From Blastocladiella emersonii ATCC 22665 (Eukaryota > Fungi > Blastocladiomycota): a stretch of 64,000 nt of DNA. Position numbers and translations under genes: made by a program. The stretch spans positions 1,550,001 through 1,614,000 of the forward strand of contig JANHCV010000008.1 of NCBI GenBank assembly GCA_025594325.1, written 5' to 3'. Position 1 is the first letter of the stretch, and every line of letters starts with the position of its first letter. The notes below the pieces were generated by a model that worked only from the letters and a program-made list of their open reading frames with translations, was not told where the DNA came from and made no database searches. Of this stretch, positions 11,330 to 22,927 are shown piece by piece.

Positions 11330-12663
11330 ATGTCCTCGACCACGACCGTTGTCAGCTCCTCCGCCTGCTTCGGCGGCAAGGTCACAAAGTTCCGCCACGC
11401 CTCGGCCACCCTCGGCTGCGACATGCTCTTCAACGTCTTCCTCCCGCGCCAGGCCGTCGCATCGAGTGATGCGGCGACCAAGGTCCCCGTACGTGGCTCG
11501 CGTCCGAGAGTGCACTCGCACGCTGACCACTCACGATCCCCTCCGCCCTGGAACTCAGGCTCTCATCTTCCTCTCCGGTTCGTCGACTTCGCACTCCTGT
11601 GAAGCTGTTAGCTCACTCGTGGTCGCTAACCGGAGACGCTGCTTCGTCCAGGCCTGACCTGCAACGAGGACAACTTCATCACCAAGTCGGGCGCGTGCCA
11701 GTACGCCGCCGAGCATGGCATCGCGCTTATCTGCCCCGACTCTTCGCCTCGTACGATCGATCGATACCGCCGCGCCGTTCGGTGCCTCGCTCACGGCCGC
11801 CCCCACTCTATAGGCGGCGTGAACTGCAAGGACGACAAGGAGAACTGGGACTTTGGCGAGGGTGCCTCCTACTACGTCGATGCCACGTACGTCCGGATCC
11901 ATCGCCGTGTTCCCCGCTCCGTCTCACGTGGCTCCGTTCGCGTCTGTAGCACCGCCGAGTACTCGAAGCACTACCGCATGTACTCGTACGTGACCGACGA
12001 GTTCTACAAGCTCGTCATTGACACGCTGCCGATCGTACGCCCCACGCCCCTGCTCCTCGTCTCCTTGGCCGTGAACTCGACCAACCTCCGCGACGCCGAG
12101 TAGGATGCCAAGCGCATGTCGATCTTCGGCCATTCGGTCGGCGGTCACGGCGCGCTCACGGTCGGCCTCCGCAACGTCGACAAGTTCAAGTCGATCTCGG
12201 CGTTCGCGCCCGCAGCGTACGGATCCACGGCGCTCACGCGACAGAATCCCACTCTGACCCGCTCGGCCCTCGTGTAGCAACATCACCAACTGCGACTGGG
12301 GCAAGAAGGCCTTCTCGCGCTTCCTCGGCGAGGACCAGTCGTCCTGGAAGCAGTACGACGCGACCGAGGTCGCCAAGGCCTACGCTGGCCGCGACATCGA
12401 CGTTCTCATCGACCAGGTTCGTTTCCGTCGTTTTCCCTCACCTCGAGGCTCACTGACATCTTGCGTACATCCGAACCCAGGGCACCGAAGACTTTTTCCT
12501 GACCAAGTACCTGCACACGCCCGTCTTTGTCGAAGCCGCCCTCGCCAACCCCAAGCTGCACATCTCGTACCACCTGCGCGCCGGCTACGACCACGGCTAC
12601 TTTTACATCTCGACCTTCATCGGCGAGCACATCGCGTGGCACGCCGAGCGCCTGCGCGCCTAA
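11330..12663 (+). CDS. ESD: S-formylglutathione hydrolase (esterase D), 8 exons
   Basis: Exons 11330-11488, 11559-11577, 11652-11750, 11814-11886, 11950-12034, 12104-12216, 12278-12416 and 12481-12663 join via GT-AG introns. The product contains [43 protein letters not shown] and YDHGYFYI. Confidence 0.93.
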
Positions 12664-13027
12664 GTCGTGCGGGTCGCTGACGAGCGCGTCGCCCACGCTC
12701 ATATGTGAGCCACCGTCGAACACGCTCACCTTTTTGACCGTTCCGCTTTCTCGCTCACGTTGTTCGTGCTCCATGTCAGCGCACACGGTCGACGTCCGCC
12801 TGCCGTGCGGTTGTTGCTGCTCGTCTCAGCGGACACCGCGCGCGACAGGTCGCGGCAGCAACTTCCGCGTTCGCGTAGAACTACATCCCGTGGCCTCGCA
12901 CGTCGCGTCAAACAAACCGGTGGTCAATTCAAACAAAGTCTCTTGCCCATCCTTTTCCTTGCTCTCCACTCGCGTCACGAACCACCTGTCCTCCTTCTCG
13001 CCACAGCTTGCGCGCGCGCGTCGCGGG

Positions 13028-15214
13028 CTACTGCTGCCGTGGACCCATGCGTGCCGCGGTTCCTGGCTGCTGCTGCTCCTGCGTGGCGTACGAGTTCGGC
13101 AGCTGCTGGTTCTGCTGCGCGGCGTACGCGGCCTGCTGCTGCTGCTGCGCGAGGTACGCGGCCTGCTGCTGGTGCTGCCACTGCTGATGTGCGAGGTACG
13201 CGGCCTGCTGGTGCTGATGCGCGAGGTCCGTGGCCTGCTGGTGCTGCTGTTGAGCGGCAGGTCCGATCGGCTGCTGCTGGTGCCGCGCAGCAGACGGGAG
13301 GGACATGAGCTGCTGTTGCTGGCGCTGGTACTGGTGCTGCGGCTTGGGGTACGCGGGGTGCATGGGCTGCTGCTGCTGCTGCTGCTGCGGATCGGCGTAC
13401 GCGGGCGCAGTCCCACGCAGGCGTTTCTCCGGGCGCGCCTCGAGCTGCGCAAGCTTCTGCTCCAGGGCGGCAACGGCTGCAACGGCCGCGTCGCGGTCAG
13501 CAACGACCTTATCCCGGGCAGCGAGAGCCATGTCGCGCTCACGCAAGATCGCGGACATGCGCGCGTCGCGCTCACGCGAGATCGCGAGCACGTCCTGGGC
13601 GAGCACGCCGAGCAGCTCGTTCTGCAAGTGAGCAAGGTGCGCCCTCCTGGCTCCAATCTGCTCGAGCATCGCGCGCTCGTACTCGGTCAGCGCGACCTGC
13701 TCTCGCTGTAGATCGGCGAGACGCTCGAGGTGCGACGGGCTACACGAATCAGATCGATCAGTCAGTCATAGTTGGAGGTGAAAGTCGCACCGCCACAGCA
13801 GGCACAGGCACAGGCACAGGCACAGACCCGTTGAGCGAGGAGAGAGTTGGCGAAGGCGAAGCGTGGCGCAACCCAGGGTGCGACCCAACCGGCCGCCCTG
13901 GAGGGAGCGAGATCTCCGTTGACGATGGCGAACGAGCGGCCGCAGCTTGCCCTGGTTGCGGAGCCGGGCGCGTTGCATCAAGCGTGGATGTTCCATGGGG
14001 CGCCGTGGCCGGGATGGAGGGGCGGGGCGGCGACCGAGCGGGGAGCGGCCGCTGAGCCGACGTCGGCGAGCAGGTCGGCGAGGCGCTAGCCAGGGCGCCG
14101 GCGGTCCTTCTCGCCGCGGTCCCCTCGCTCGACGACGACGCGCCGATCATGGGCGAACCAGCGACCGCGACTACATGCAAGCGAATGGAGAATGCGACGG
14201 CGTCAATGAGACCATGACCAAACGCCGGCCGCCGCGAAAGCACGAGCCCTCGGCTGACGTACCTGCCACGACCTGCTCGCCCGCGCGGATCGGAGGCGCG
14301 TCGGCGGCGCGAAGGGAGGGGATGATGCCGGCCGCGGCCGTCCCCGCGCTGCTCGTCGTGGCGCGGGCAGGATCGATATGGAACCCGACGTGCTGCACCG
14401 TGACGGTCACCTCGCCTGGGCTTTTGAGATAGCTGAGGCGGGCGACAGCGGCGCATGGAAGACGTTCAAGCGGGTTGTTGCAGAACTTGCACGTCTCGAA
14501 GCCAGTCTTTGCAGGAACGATTTGTCCCGCAGAACGGCAGCAGCGCGTGTTGACACAGCGACGGCCACCGTTGCACGAGACGGTCTTGATGTACTTTTTC
14601 TACAAGAATCCGCCGTGTGCTGAGTGAGATTGTTGCTGTCGTATGTTGATTCAGGCGCTCGGAGTCGTACCGTCTTGATATTGTCGATCGAATCCGCGCT
14701 CCAGTTGTATCCGTTCAATCGAAAAGTGCGCATCACCTCCTCGGGGGCGCAGCGAAAAGTGTACGAGTCGGCGCCTTCCCTGGCGAGATACGAGCGCTGC
14801 TCGGGCTCGAGCCCCTGCTCCTTCCATGCAGGGTGATCAAACAGGTTACACATCACGACCAGTGTTAGACGCGCTCGTTGATCTGGTCCGGAAAGCCGGT
14901 TGAGATAGAGCGGACCATTGTCGCCTGTTGTCGGTGGGATTCACCTCGTCTAGGTGCAGCTGAACGTATGGGAGCACATCATTGGGGATGCCCGCGTTCG
15001 GAGGATGCTCTTTGTTGTTGTTTTCCGCGTAGTTTCTCTCGACGACGAGAAACTCGGCGAGAAGTTGCAGCGTAGCTGTTGGCAAGCACTCAAGAGGACT
15101 CGATGCGCTGTCGCCGTCATTCACGACAGGTTGACGGCTCGCCGCGACCGCGGGCGCAGCCCCAGGTGGCGACGGGTCCACGGGCGGCGCGCCAGGTGGA
15201 GCGTGGCCGCTCAT
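13028..15214 (-). CDS. probable multi-exon or broken gene with coiled-coil and poly-Gln C-terminus
   Basis: ORF 13028-13669 is coiled-coil plus Gln-rich. Upstream coding-like segments (MSGHAPP.. from 15214; 14407-14856) lie in different frames. Exon structure is not resolved. Confidence 0.35.
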
Positions 15215-15450
15215 CCTGCTCGGCGAGAAGCGAAGGGGAGGGCAATGAATGGGGCGGCGGAAGCTGCTGCGCGTGCTTGACGTAGCGCCCGTGCGCGGCG
15301 TGGCAGGGTTGACTGCGACAGGCGGCGGGGACCCCCGTGGCGTGTCACGTCGCGTCACATCGCGTCGCGTCAACGGGGTCGTGAGTGGGGCGAGAGAACG
15401 CGCGCGAGGCAGCGTGGGAGGGATCGCGGCACGCGTGATCACGTGCCGCA

Positions 15451-15480
15451 CGCGTCTCGCGTCTCGCGTCTCGCGTCTCG
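15451..15480. repeat. (CGCGTCT)x4 tandem array in a divergent intergenic region
   Basis: cgcgtctcgcgtctcgcgtctcgcgtctcg; contains the recurrent ACGCGTCTC-type motif. Confidence 0.7.
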
Positions 15481-15976
15481 CATTCCCTCGGAGACACTTC
15501 GTCAACTCGTCACATGCCGTGTATCACTTCCGCGCTCGCCCGGAATCCAGCTCGCGCACCGCTCCAGCTCGCACCGGTCATGAGCGAGTCGGGCGGCGGG
15601 TCCGCGTTGATGGATGATCGAGCGACTGATCGCGGTGCACGGAATTTGAGGTTGAAAGCCCCGCTGCGGTGAGTCGCGGGCGGCTGGGCCGTGGTGGCGC
15701 AGCACGGCACGCGCCACGCGCCGACGCGTCACCCCAGCCCCTGCGCCTCGCCGCTCTTGATTTCGCAACGTGTTTCGGGTTTTGCTTTTGCAACGCAGCG
15801 TGCAACCGTGTTTCGGTGCTGCGGAGCTATCGCGCACGCTCCGTCGCTATTTTCTGCCTGCTCGCTCGGCTTCGGGATGACTGCGCTCGCTCTCGCACCG
15901 CTATAAACCTTCGGCTCGCCCACCGTCCCCGCTCTCCTGTTCAGTATAGACGCTATCGACCTTCATTCAAACCATC

Positions 15977-16972
15977 ATGAGCGTGATTCAGCACAACATC
16001 ATCCTGTCGCAGGACGCGAGCGGCCGGTGGATCTCGCAGCGCGCCGACCCCGTCGTCAACGAGACGCACGCCTACATCCCGGCCCCGCACGGCCAGGAAG
16101 GCGGCGTCGTGCAGAACAACGTGATCGTGCACAACGCGGCGTCGGGCCACGACATCGACCAGGCCCAGATCCTGCTCAACGTCGACCGCCTCGTCGGCCC
16201 CGTCCCGCACGGCTTCACCGTCCAGAACAACATCATCCAGGCCAACGACGCCTCGGGCGCCAACATCCACCAGGTCGGCCAGGTCAGCAACCACGTCGAG
16301 GCCGGCCGCGGCGGCTCGAGCTCCACGGCGACGAAGTACTCGAGCAGCCGGCACCAGGTCGACGACGACGCGAGCGCGACCGCGCTGACGTCGTCGCACC
16401 AGGCGCACCGCGACGCGCGCGACGATGCCCTCACCTCGTCGTACTCGGGCTACAACCACGGCGGCGACGCGTTCCAGGGCCACGGCGGCAACGGTGGCGG
16501 CGACTTCCACATCATGCCCATCAACCAGCCCGGCGGCACCGTGCGCAACGACTGGTCGCGCGATGGCAACGGCCACGACTACTACAACGGCGGCCAGTAC
16601 AACGGCGACGCGTTCCACGGCCAGGCCGGCAACGGCGGCGACTTCCACATCATGCCCATCAACCAGCCCGGCGGCACGTTCCGTCCCGACTGGTCGCGCG
16701 ACGGGAACGGCCACGACTACTTCAACGGCGGCGGCAACTTCGGCACGGGTAACGCGCACGGCAACGGCCGCGGCGGCGACGACTTCCACATCATGCCCAT
16801 CAACTACCCCGGCGGCACCACGCGCCCCGACTGGCACCGCGGCACTGACGGCCAGGACTACTACGTCGGCGGAAACGGCGGGTTCGACGGTAGCCACTCG
16901 GCGGGCTACCACCACAGCAGCGACGCGACGTTTGTTGGCGGCGACTGCTCGACGTGGGCGCCGACGTTCTGA
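15977..16972 (+). CDS. orphan 331-aa paralogue of the QNNII-repeat family with three Gly/Asn/His-rich ~45-aa C-terminal repeats
   Basis: Shares VQNNxIVHNAASGxDIDQ..GPVPHGFTVQNNIIQANDASG with the 3610/22928 genes. GDFHIMPIN(Q/Y)PGGT occurs three times. High GC3; TATA-like CTATAAA at 15901. Confidence 0.82.
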   Translation: MSVIQHNIILSQDASGRWISQRADPVVNETHAYIPAPHGQEGGVVQNNVIVHNAASGHDIDQAQILLNVDRLVGPVPHGFTVQNNIIQANDASGANIHQVGQVSNHVEAGRGGSSSTATKYSSSRHQVDDDASATALTSSHQAHRDARDDALTSSYSGYNHGGDAFQGHGGNGGGDFHIMPINQPGGTVRNDWSRDGNGHDYYNGGQYNGDAFHGQAGNGGDFHIMPINQPGGTFRPDWSRDGNGHDYFNGGGNFGTGNAHGNGRGGDDFHIMPINYPGGTTRPDWHRGTDGQDYYVGGNGGFDGSHSAGYHHSSDATFVGGDCSTWAPTF

Positions 16973-17065
16973 GTGTGATGGCGTGGAAGCGTGAAAAATA
17001 CATAGATACTATTGGCGACCGGTAGCGTTTGGAACTGCTCCCCTCCGTGCTGGGCTTTCAACCCC

Positions 17066-17165
17066 ACCCCTCCCCCACCCCCTCCCCCAACCCACCCAAC
17101 CCAACCTCAACTCAACCTCAACTCAACCTCAACTCAAATCAACGTCAACCCAACCAACCTCAACT
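17066..17165. repeat. C/A-rich low-complexity tract with CTCAA/CCTCAA units
   Basis: ccaacctcaactcaacctcaactcaacctcaactcaaatcaac. Confidence 0.7.
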
Positions 17166-19776
17166 TATAGATTACGCTCCTGAGTGTTGAAACTCTGCGC
17201 CGTGATCGGAGGAACGTCGTCACGGCCATGGCCATGATCATGGGCATGCGCGATTGCTTTGACCGTCAGCGACTCAGGCCCTTGCTGATCTCGGAATCAC
17301 GGCTATGAACTCTTTTTTAAGTCCAGCCCAGACGCATGCACACGGATTGATGGACTGTAAATGTTGAATGCGTTTGGCTGATATCCGCAACCAATGCAGC
17401 CGCCGCTCCGCAATGACCCTGCTCAGTTTGGCCGCCGTCATTACACGGTCGCGCTGCGCCAAGGCGCGGGCAACAACGAAACCGACGCGAAGTTCATCTT
17501 GCCGTGGGCCCAGCCGACATCTCTACTCGCTTGAAGAGTCGCCAGCGCTTGTTCCTCAAGCCGGGACTGCGCCTCGGGTGGCCGCTTTCAACAAGAAGGG
17601 CGGCGCGGGATCGACCTGGGTGCGGTCTTAACGGCAAAGTAAGCGTTGATTGCGCTGTAGACTGCGCGAAGCTTAAGCGCGTGGGCGAGAAGCATGGCGC
17701 GGGTGCCGTTGACCTTAGCCGCGGTCGCCGCCGCCTTGTCAGAGTCTAACTTGTGTTGGCAAGCTGGCGGCACAGGTCCGCTAATGCGTGCGGAGCTGCG
17801 TGACGACCTGCGTGGTCACGCTCTGACGGGCGGCGCGTGGGACACTACCAGTCAAGAGACACGGAGCTGGGCGTGATGGCCGCGGTCAGGTTGGCCCCGT
17901 TGGCAGCGCGCAACGGGCCGGTCACGACGTGAGGTCCACTAACGCGGTACACGCCGAGTTCTTGTAACGTATGTGCATCTGCTCGACGGCGGCGAACCAC
18001 TCAGCGCCCAACAGCATGTCCTTAGGCGGATGCATGTCGTTGGTCGCGTCGCCGCTCCTCGCGTCTTGGGCCGCACCAAAATGCGCGCAATCCCAAGGCA
18101 GGTGCGCGAGCCGCGCGGGGTTGGTGCGCTCAATCACGGCGTACAGGCGGGTCACGGGCGGGAGCACCCGCTGGCCGAGGCGCCACTCAAGGTTGCTTGG
18201 GAGCGACGGGTCGCACACGAGCACGTTCGAGTGGCGGGCACGCGACGCGGTGGCGTTCGAACCCAGAGAAGATGGAGCGGCGGGAGACTGGACAGGCTTC
18301 CCGTCCTCGGTCTTCACCATAGCGGGCATGAGCGTGATGCCGCAGTCCTCAGCAGCACCGCTATCTCCTCGCATGGCGTGAAGTGGCCGTCGGTGCTCTC
18401 GCGACATTTCCCTGTGCTTCGCTCAGTGTGAAGACGGCGTCGTGACGAGTTTCAGCGAGATTTATTGGGCTGCAGAGATGCCAATGCTGCATGTTATCAT
18501 GGTGGAAGCTTCATAGACGATTTCACGGGGCGGGGAGCGAGCAACGGGCAGAAAAGGCCTGGTTTATGAATGTGTTGGGCGGTCAGGTGACCGGTCGCGA
18601 GGGACGACGACGGGCCTAGGTCACGTGGACCAGGTTTTTTCGGGGAGACCACTGGGGTTGAGCCCAGCATTGCTACCAAAACGCACTTGACGATTTCAAT
18701 GGACAGGTAGGCTCTGCGGCTTGGAAGGTTCAGTGTCGGGTTCGCGCGAGTGCGCATCCAGTCGTATTGAATTGCTGGGATGTGCAGCGAACGCGCGCTT
18801 CGCGGCGAGAAACTGTTCTACTGCGTCGACCTTCTGGTTGCGGTTGCCTCCGCAGAGATCGGGGACTACGGCCCTCGTTCGCAGTGATCTCAGCGCGCGA
18901 GGATTACGACGCGAAGCGCGCGACCTCATCTTGGTAGTAGAGTAGCGCGGTGCGACGAGGCGGAGCGCGGCCGAATCTCAAACAGGTGTCGGCCGGGCAG
19001 CTGGTGATCCTCCTCGACGCGCGTCAGCTCAACGATTACGCGCACAAACGGCTCACCCGTCAGCACCTGTCGCCCAACCGCTTCAATCGCCTCATCCGTG
19101 AGCGCCATCGTCACGACAATGATGGCCAGGGCGAGGAGGGAAGTGGCGCTCATGGCCACGGCCGTGGGCAAGCGCAACGGCCCTCGTTGCAAGTTTGGCG
19201 GGCGTGTCCACGAAGTCAGGGGGGAACACGGTAACGAAGTCGCCCTTGCAGGGCGTTCAAAAGTCGGCGCCTATCATGTCGGTTATGGTTCGCGAAAGCT
19301 TCGGGCACTCGAGCACGCACGCGTCGCCCGAAAGCGAGGGCAAGTAAGCAGAGCTCACTGCGCGTCGCCGTGGAGTTTGACCGCCGCGCAGTCGGCGGTT
19401 GATCCAGTGAAGGAACGCGAAAACTGTCAAGTGCGCACCCTATACCAAACACGTACCCCATCGGGTGCCTGTTGGTGTCGGCCGTGAGGCGCGCAGGCGG
19501 GGCAGGTAGAGCGCGACGGCGCCCTGCACGGCCGAGTCGACGAGATGGGCCAACTGCGCGATGGACTTGCCTCTGGACCGTGAATATAAACCGAGAGCAG
19601 ATTAAACGCATTTTAACAGTCCTGTCGTGCCCTTGCGTTTGAGACGCGTCGATCAATCATGTGACGTGAGGCCGCGTTCGAAAACGGGCTGCTCGCCGTG
19701 CGCGCCGCCTTTCGGGCGTCCCCCCATCTTGCCCCTCGTTGACACCCCGTGCAACCAGATGAAAACTTGATGCAAC

Positions 19777-21465
19777 ATGACATTCCAGGCTGTTTTTATC
19801 CCGTCCATCATCGAGCGGATTCTCGTCTTGGCACTTGAGCCGCACCTCGAAGCGGACGGACCCGTTGCCGACGTGGAGTCGCTCTTGCAGTACGCCCGTG
19901 TCCTACCGCGCACTCTCATCCCAAGCGTCGAACGGACTCTCTTGCAGCGCGTACCAAAGTTCTCACTAGATGCGGCAACCGCGCGTGGCAGTTTGCCCGT
20001 GCTGGACCGCTGGGCGGCCCTCGGTCTCCCTCTCGCATGCTCAACCGCTGCTCTCGAAGCGGCCGTGGACGCACAATACCTCGAGACGCTTGAGTGGTGG
20101 CGTGCGTCTGGTAAAATTTACCCCAGCAATGTTCGGGCGTGGCTGGACGGGCTGCATTACCTTTGGGATGTCGACGTTGCTCTCGGTCTCTATCCCATGG
20201 CCGACGACGATCCGAATCGCGCGCTGGCAGTCGACGAGGGCCTCGCCAGCCTGTGCGCCAAAATTGCGGCTGGCACCGCGGATCAGTTCTATCTTGAGTC
20301 GGCGCCCATCTCGTTGGCCGGAGTTCGCATGCTCAACGCAGCCATGGCGAGCCCCACGCAGGCGCTCAAGTCAATCTCGTTTTACGGCTGCACGCTGGAC
20401 CTTCCTCGAGTGCTCGCGCTGCAGCTCCCCGCGTCGTTGCGCGCTGTGCACATTGCAGGCCACTGGCTCGGCGGCTTGTCTAACTCGCCGCCTTCGCCCA
20501 CGACCGCCATGAACTGGCCGCCGGGTCTCGAGTCGCTCGTCATTTCCGAGACCAAGCTGTCTGCCGCCGTACCTCACCTATTTCGTGCCATCCCCGCTAC
20601 GCTTCGGACCCTGTCGATTGCGCTTTGCTCGCTTGACGATCGCGCTACCCTTGACGTTGTTCGCGCTCTTCCGTCGTCCCTTAAGCAGCTTAACCTAACC
20701 GGCAACCATCTCACCGAGACCGGATTTGCAGCAATCGCGTCTCGCCTTCCCGCCTCGCTCCGGAGTCTGTCGATTGGGCACATATCTGGCGACGCGAACA
20801 GCCAGGATATTTTCGCTTCCAGCTCCTCCGCATCCCTGAGCTCACCTTCAGCCGCCGTCCTTCCCGCACAACTTCGGACCATCGAAATCTCGGGGACCGT
20901 TTTGACAAGCCAGCTGGTCAGCACGCTAGGCGATTCGCCGCGGTCCTCTCTTCGTGTGCTCAAGTTTCTTCGCTTTCGATCGGCTAGCACCGATTCAGCA
21001 GCAGCGCTTGCGCGCACACTTCCCGACAGTCTCGAAAATCTGACTGCAGGTGGCTGCTGCTTTCCACAGCTGGGTGTTCCGACACTGCTCTCAGCGCTGC
21101 CGCACTCGCTCACCTTCCTGGACCTCGCCACGTCCAATCTCGGCCCAGCTGGCGCCGAGCTGCTTGCGGCAAAGATGCCTCCTCGTCTCGGCCACCTGAA
21201 CCTGTCGTCAACCAACCTCGGGGATCTGGGTGTTGCGGCGCTTGCTCCAGCACTTCCATCCACGTTGAGCGACTTGCGCCTGAACACCAACAGGATTACA
21301 GACGCTGGTGCGCACATATTGGCGCAGCATCTTCCTGGCGCCCTCAGGAGCCTGGTCATGCCCAACAATCTCGTGACACAGGCAGGGCATGTCGCCATTC
21401 AAGCTTCTGCACCCAAATCGCTCACCTGTCTGGTCGTGCCAGTGACCGGACAGGGGGGTCAGTGA
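19777..21465 (+). CDS. ankyrin-like + RNI-LRR protein (562 aa), family member 4; inverted paralogue of 5918-7615
   Basis: Uninterrupted ORF that aligns colinearly with the 565-aa ORF, including long identical stretches such as HWLGGLSNSPPSPTTAMNWP and DDRATLDVVRALPSSLKQLNLTGNHLTETGFAAI. Confidence 0.82.
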   Translation: MTFQAVFIPSIIERILVLALEPHLEADGPVADVESLLQYARVLPRTLIPSVERTLLQRVPKFSLDAATARGSLPVLDRWAALGLPLACSTAALEAAVDAQYLETLEWWRASGKIYPSNVRAWLDGLHYLWDVDVALGLYPMADDDPNRALAVDEGLASLCAKIAAGTADQFYLESAPISLAGVRMLNAAMASPTQALKSISFYGCTLDLPRVLALQLPASLRAVHIAGHWLGGLSNSPPSPTTAMNWPPGLESLVISETKLSAAVPHLFRAIPATLRTLSIALCSLDDRATLDVVRALPSSLKQLNLTGNHLTETGFAAIASRLPASLRSLSIGHISGDANSQDIFASSSSASLSSPSAAVLPAQLRTIEISGTVLTSQLVSTLGDSPRSSLRVLKFLRFRSASTDSAAALARTLPDSLENLTAGGCCFPQLGVPTLLSALPHSLTFLDLATSNLGPAGAELLAAKMPPRLGHLNLSSTNLGDLGVAALAPALPSTLSDLRLNTNRITDAGAHILAQHLPGALRSLVMPNNLVTQAGHVAIQASAPKSLTCLVVPVTGQGGQ

Positions 21466-21599
21466 GCAATCGGGCTGCTTGCGTTTCCAGGAGGAATATA
21501 CGGCCGGTTATAGACGTTTTGATCGCGCGCGCATAGGTTAGTGTCCAGTTGAGGCCGAGTGATGCGAAGGGTGTGAGCCGCGGGTATGGGTGTGCTCTC

Positions 21600-21910
21600 G
21601 CGCACGTTAAAACGCGTCAGGCCTGAGCGAGCGGCAGCGTCCCGTCCGGAACTGCTGGCCCGGTCGGCCGTGGCCCCGTCATTGCTGTCCATTCCGAGTT
21701 GGGAGAGGTCGAAGCGACACAGCGAGGTCAGAGACGTGCTGCCTCGAACCAGCGCGGTGAGAGCAGCAGCACCGCCGAGGAGGTTGGTCGAAAAGCGAAG
21801 CTCGTTGAGCGTGGCGGCGGGCTGAGCGGCGATCACCGTTGTGGCGCCTCGCGATGAGGCCTTGGTCGCGTCAAGTTTCAGTTCGTGCAAGTTGCGCGGG
21901 AGGCATATCC
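21600..21910 (-). pseudogene. LRR gene relic (mirror of 5460-5720)
   Basis: LPRNLHELKLDATKASSRG..LNELRFSTNLLGG..LCRFDLSQLGM. Confidence 0.4.
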
Positions 21911-22190
21911 TTGCCGGATGAGACCAACGGTTGGAGCCGTGAAAGTGGTCTTCGGCGATATCAATCACTCGGACCAATTCGAGCAGTTGCAGCAGCGAGG
22001 ACAGAGCGTGAAAGTCAAGGCAGGAACCAGAACGATCTATTTCACGGCGGACCTCGCGCGCGTCGACGAACGCACTGCTGCTTGATTGGCTGTGCGCATC
22101 AAGTTCGACGAGCGCAGTAGCTCGGTAAAACGCGTCGCGACAAAAGGAGGCGCGTGGGGTAACCGACGCGGTGATCCGGGCGGCAAAAAA

Positions 22191-22263
22191 CGAGCATACC
22201 AGGGTTCGAACCTGGGTCCTTCAGTGCCGGAAACTGACGCGGTATCCACTCCGCTATATGCCC
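22191..22263 (-). tRNA. tRNA-Arg(CCG), second identical copy
   Basis: Exact reverse complement of 5168-5240. Confidence 0.93.
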
Positions 22264-22927
22264 TCTCGTGCTGCTGCACAACTGATGGGCGGTCAGGCGG
22301 GATATATAGGCGCGCGACACTTTTCCCGGTCGCCTTCGGTCGGTCAAGGCGGCAGCGACTTGTTGCATTCCCTTCGACAAAGTCGCCATGGCGGAGCGAC
22401 GTGTTGCGCCACTCACGTCACTTCCCACCGCACCATGACGGCCCGATCGGCCGGTCGGCGCTCCTCGTGTGGCTTGCCCCCTTCGCGCTCACTCGCCTGT
22501 CCCGACCTCCGCGGCCAAGGGCGACTCGACCTGCCCCTCTCGGCCACGGCGTCTCGGCGCAACTCCGCGCAACCCAACGCGCGCGTTGACGCCCGGATCG
22601 GGAACAAGGCCGACGGTCGCTCGAACGCGTCGCGCTTCCCACGCTCTCTCCCGATGATCTGGTACCGCTCCACACGACATGAGTGGTGCCGCTGCATCAG
22701 TTGCAACGGCTCGCGGTGCTGTCTGGGAGACGACGGGTGTGCGCCGCAGCGGACCGTTTCGCGTTACCGCAAAGGTTGCTAGTGCTCCGAACGCGTTTCA
22801 GCCTTTTCGCTGTCCATTTATAGGCGTAAGCGGCGGCCGACCGTACATAAACCGCGCGTCCCCCTTCTGCTCTCGCTCTCACCACCAACAGCAACACGAA
22901 GCATATTGCACACACACTCGCAACGAA

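Noticed and set aside
17066-17165. Interstitial telomere
   Set aside because: The units are irregular CTCAA/CCAAC, not a uniform telomeric repeat.
17900-19500. Protein-coding genes in 17922-18407 and 18497-19300
   Set aside because: Short ORFs with no recognisable motif or clear codon bias; left unannotated.
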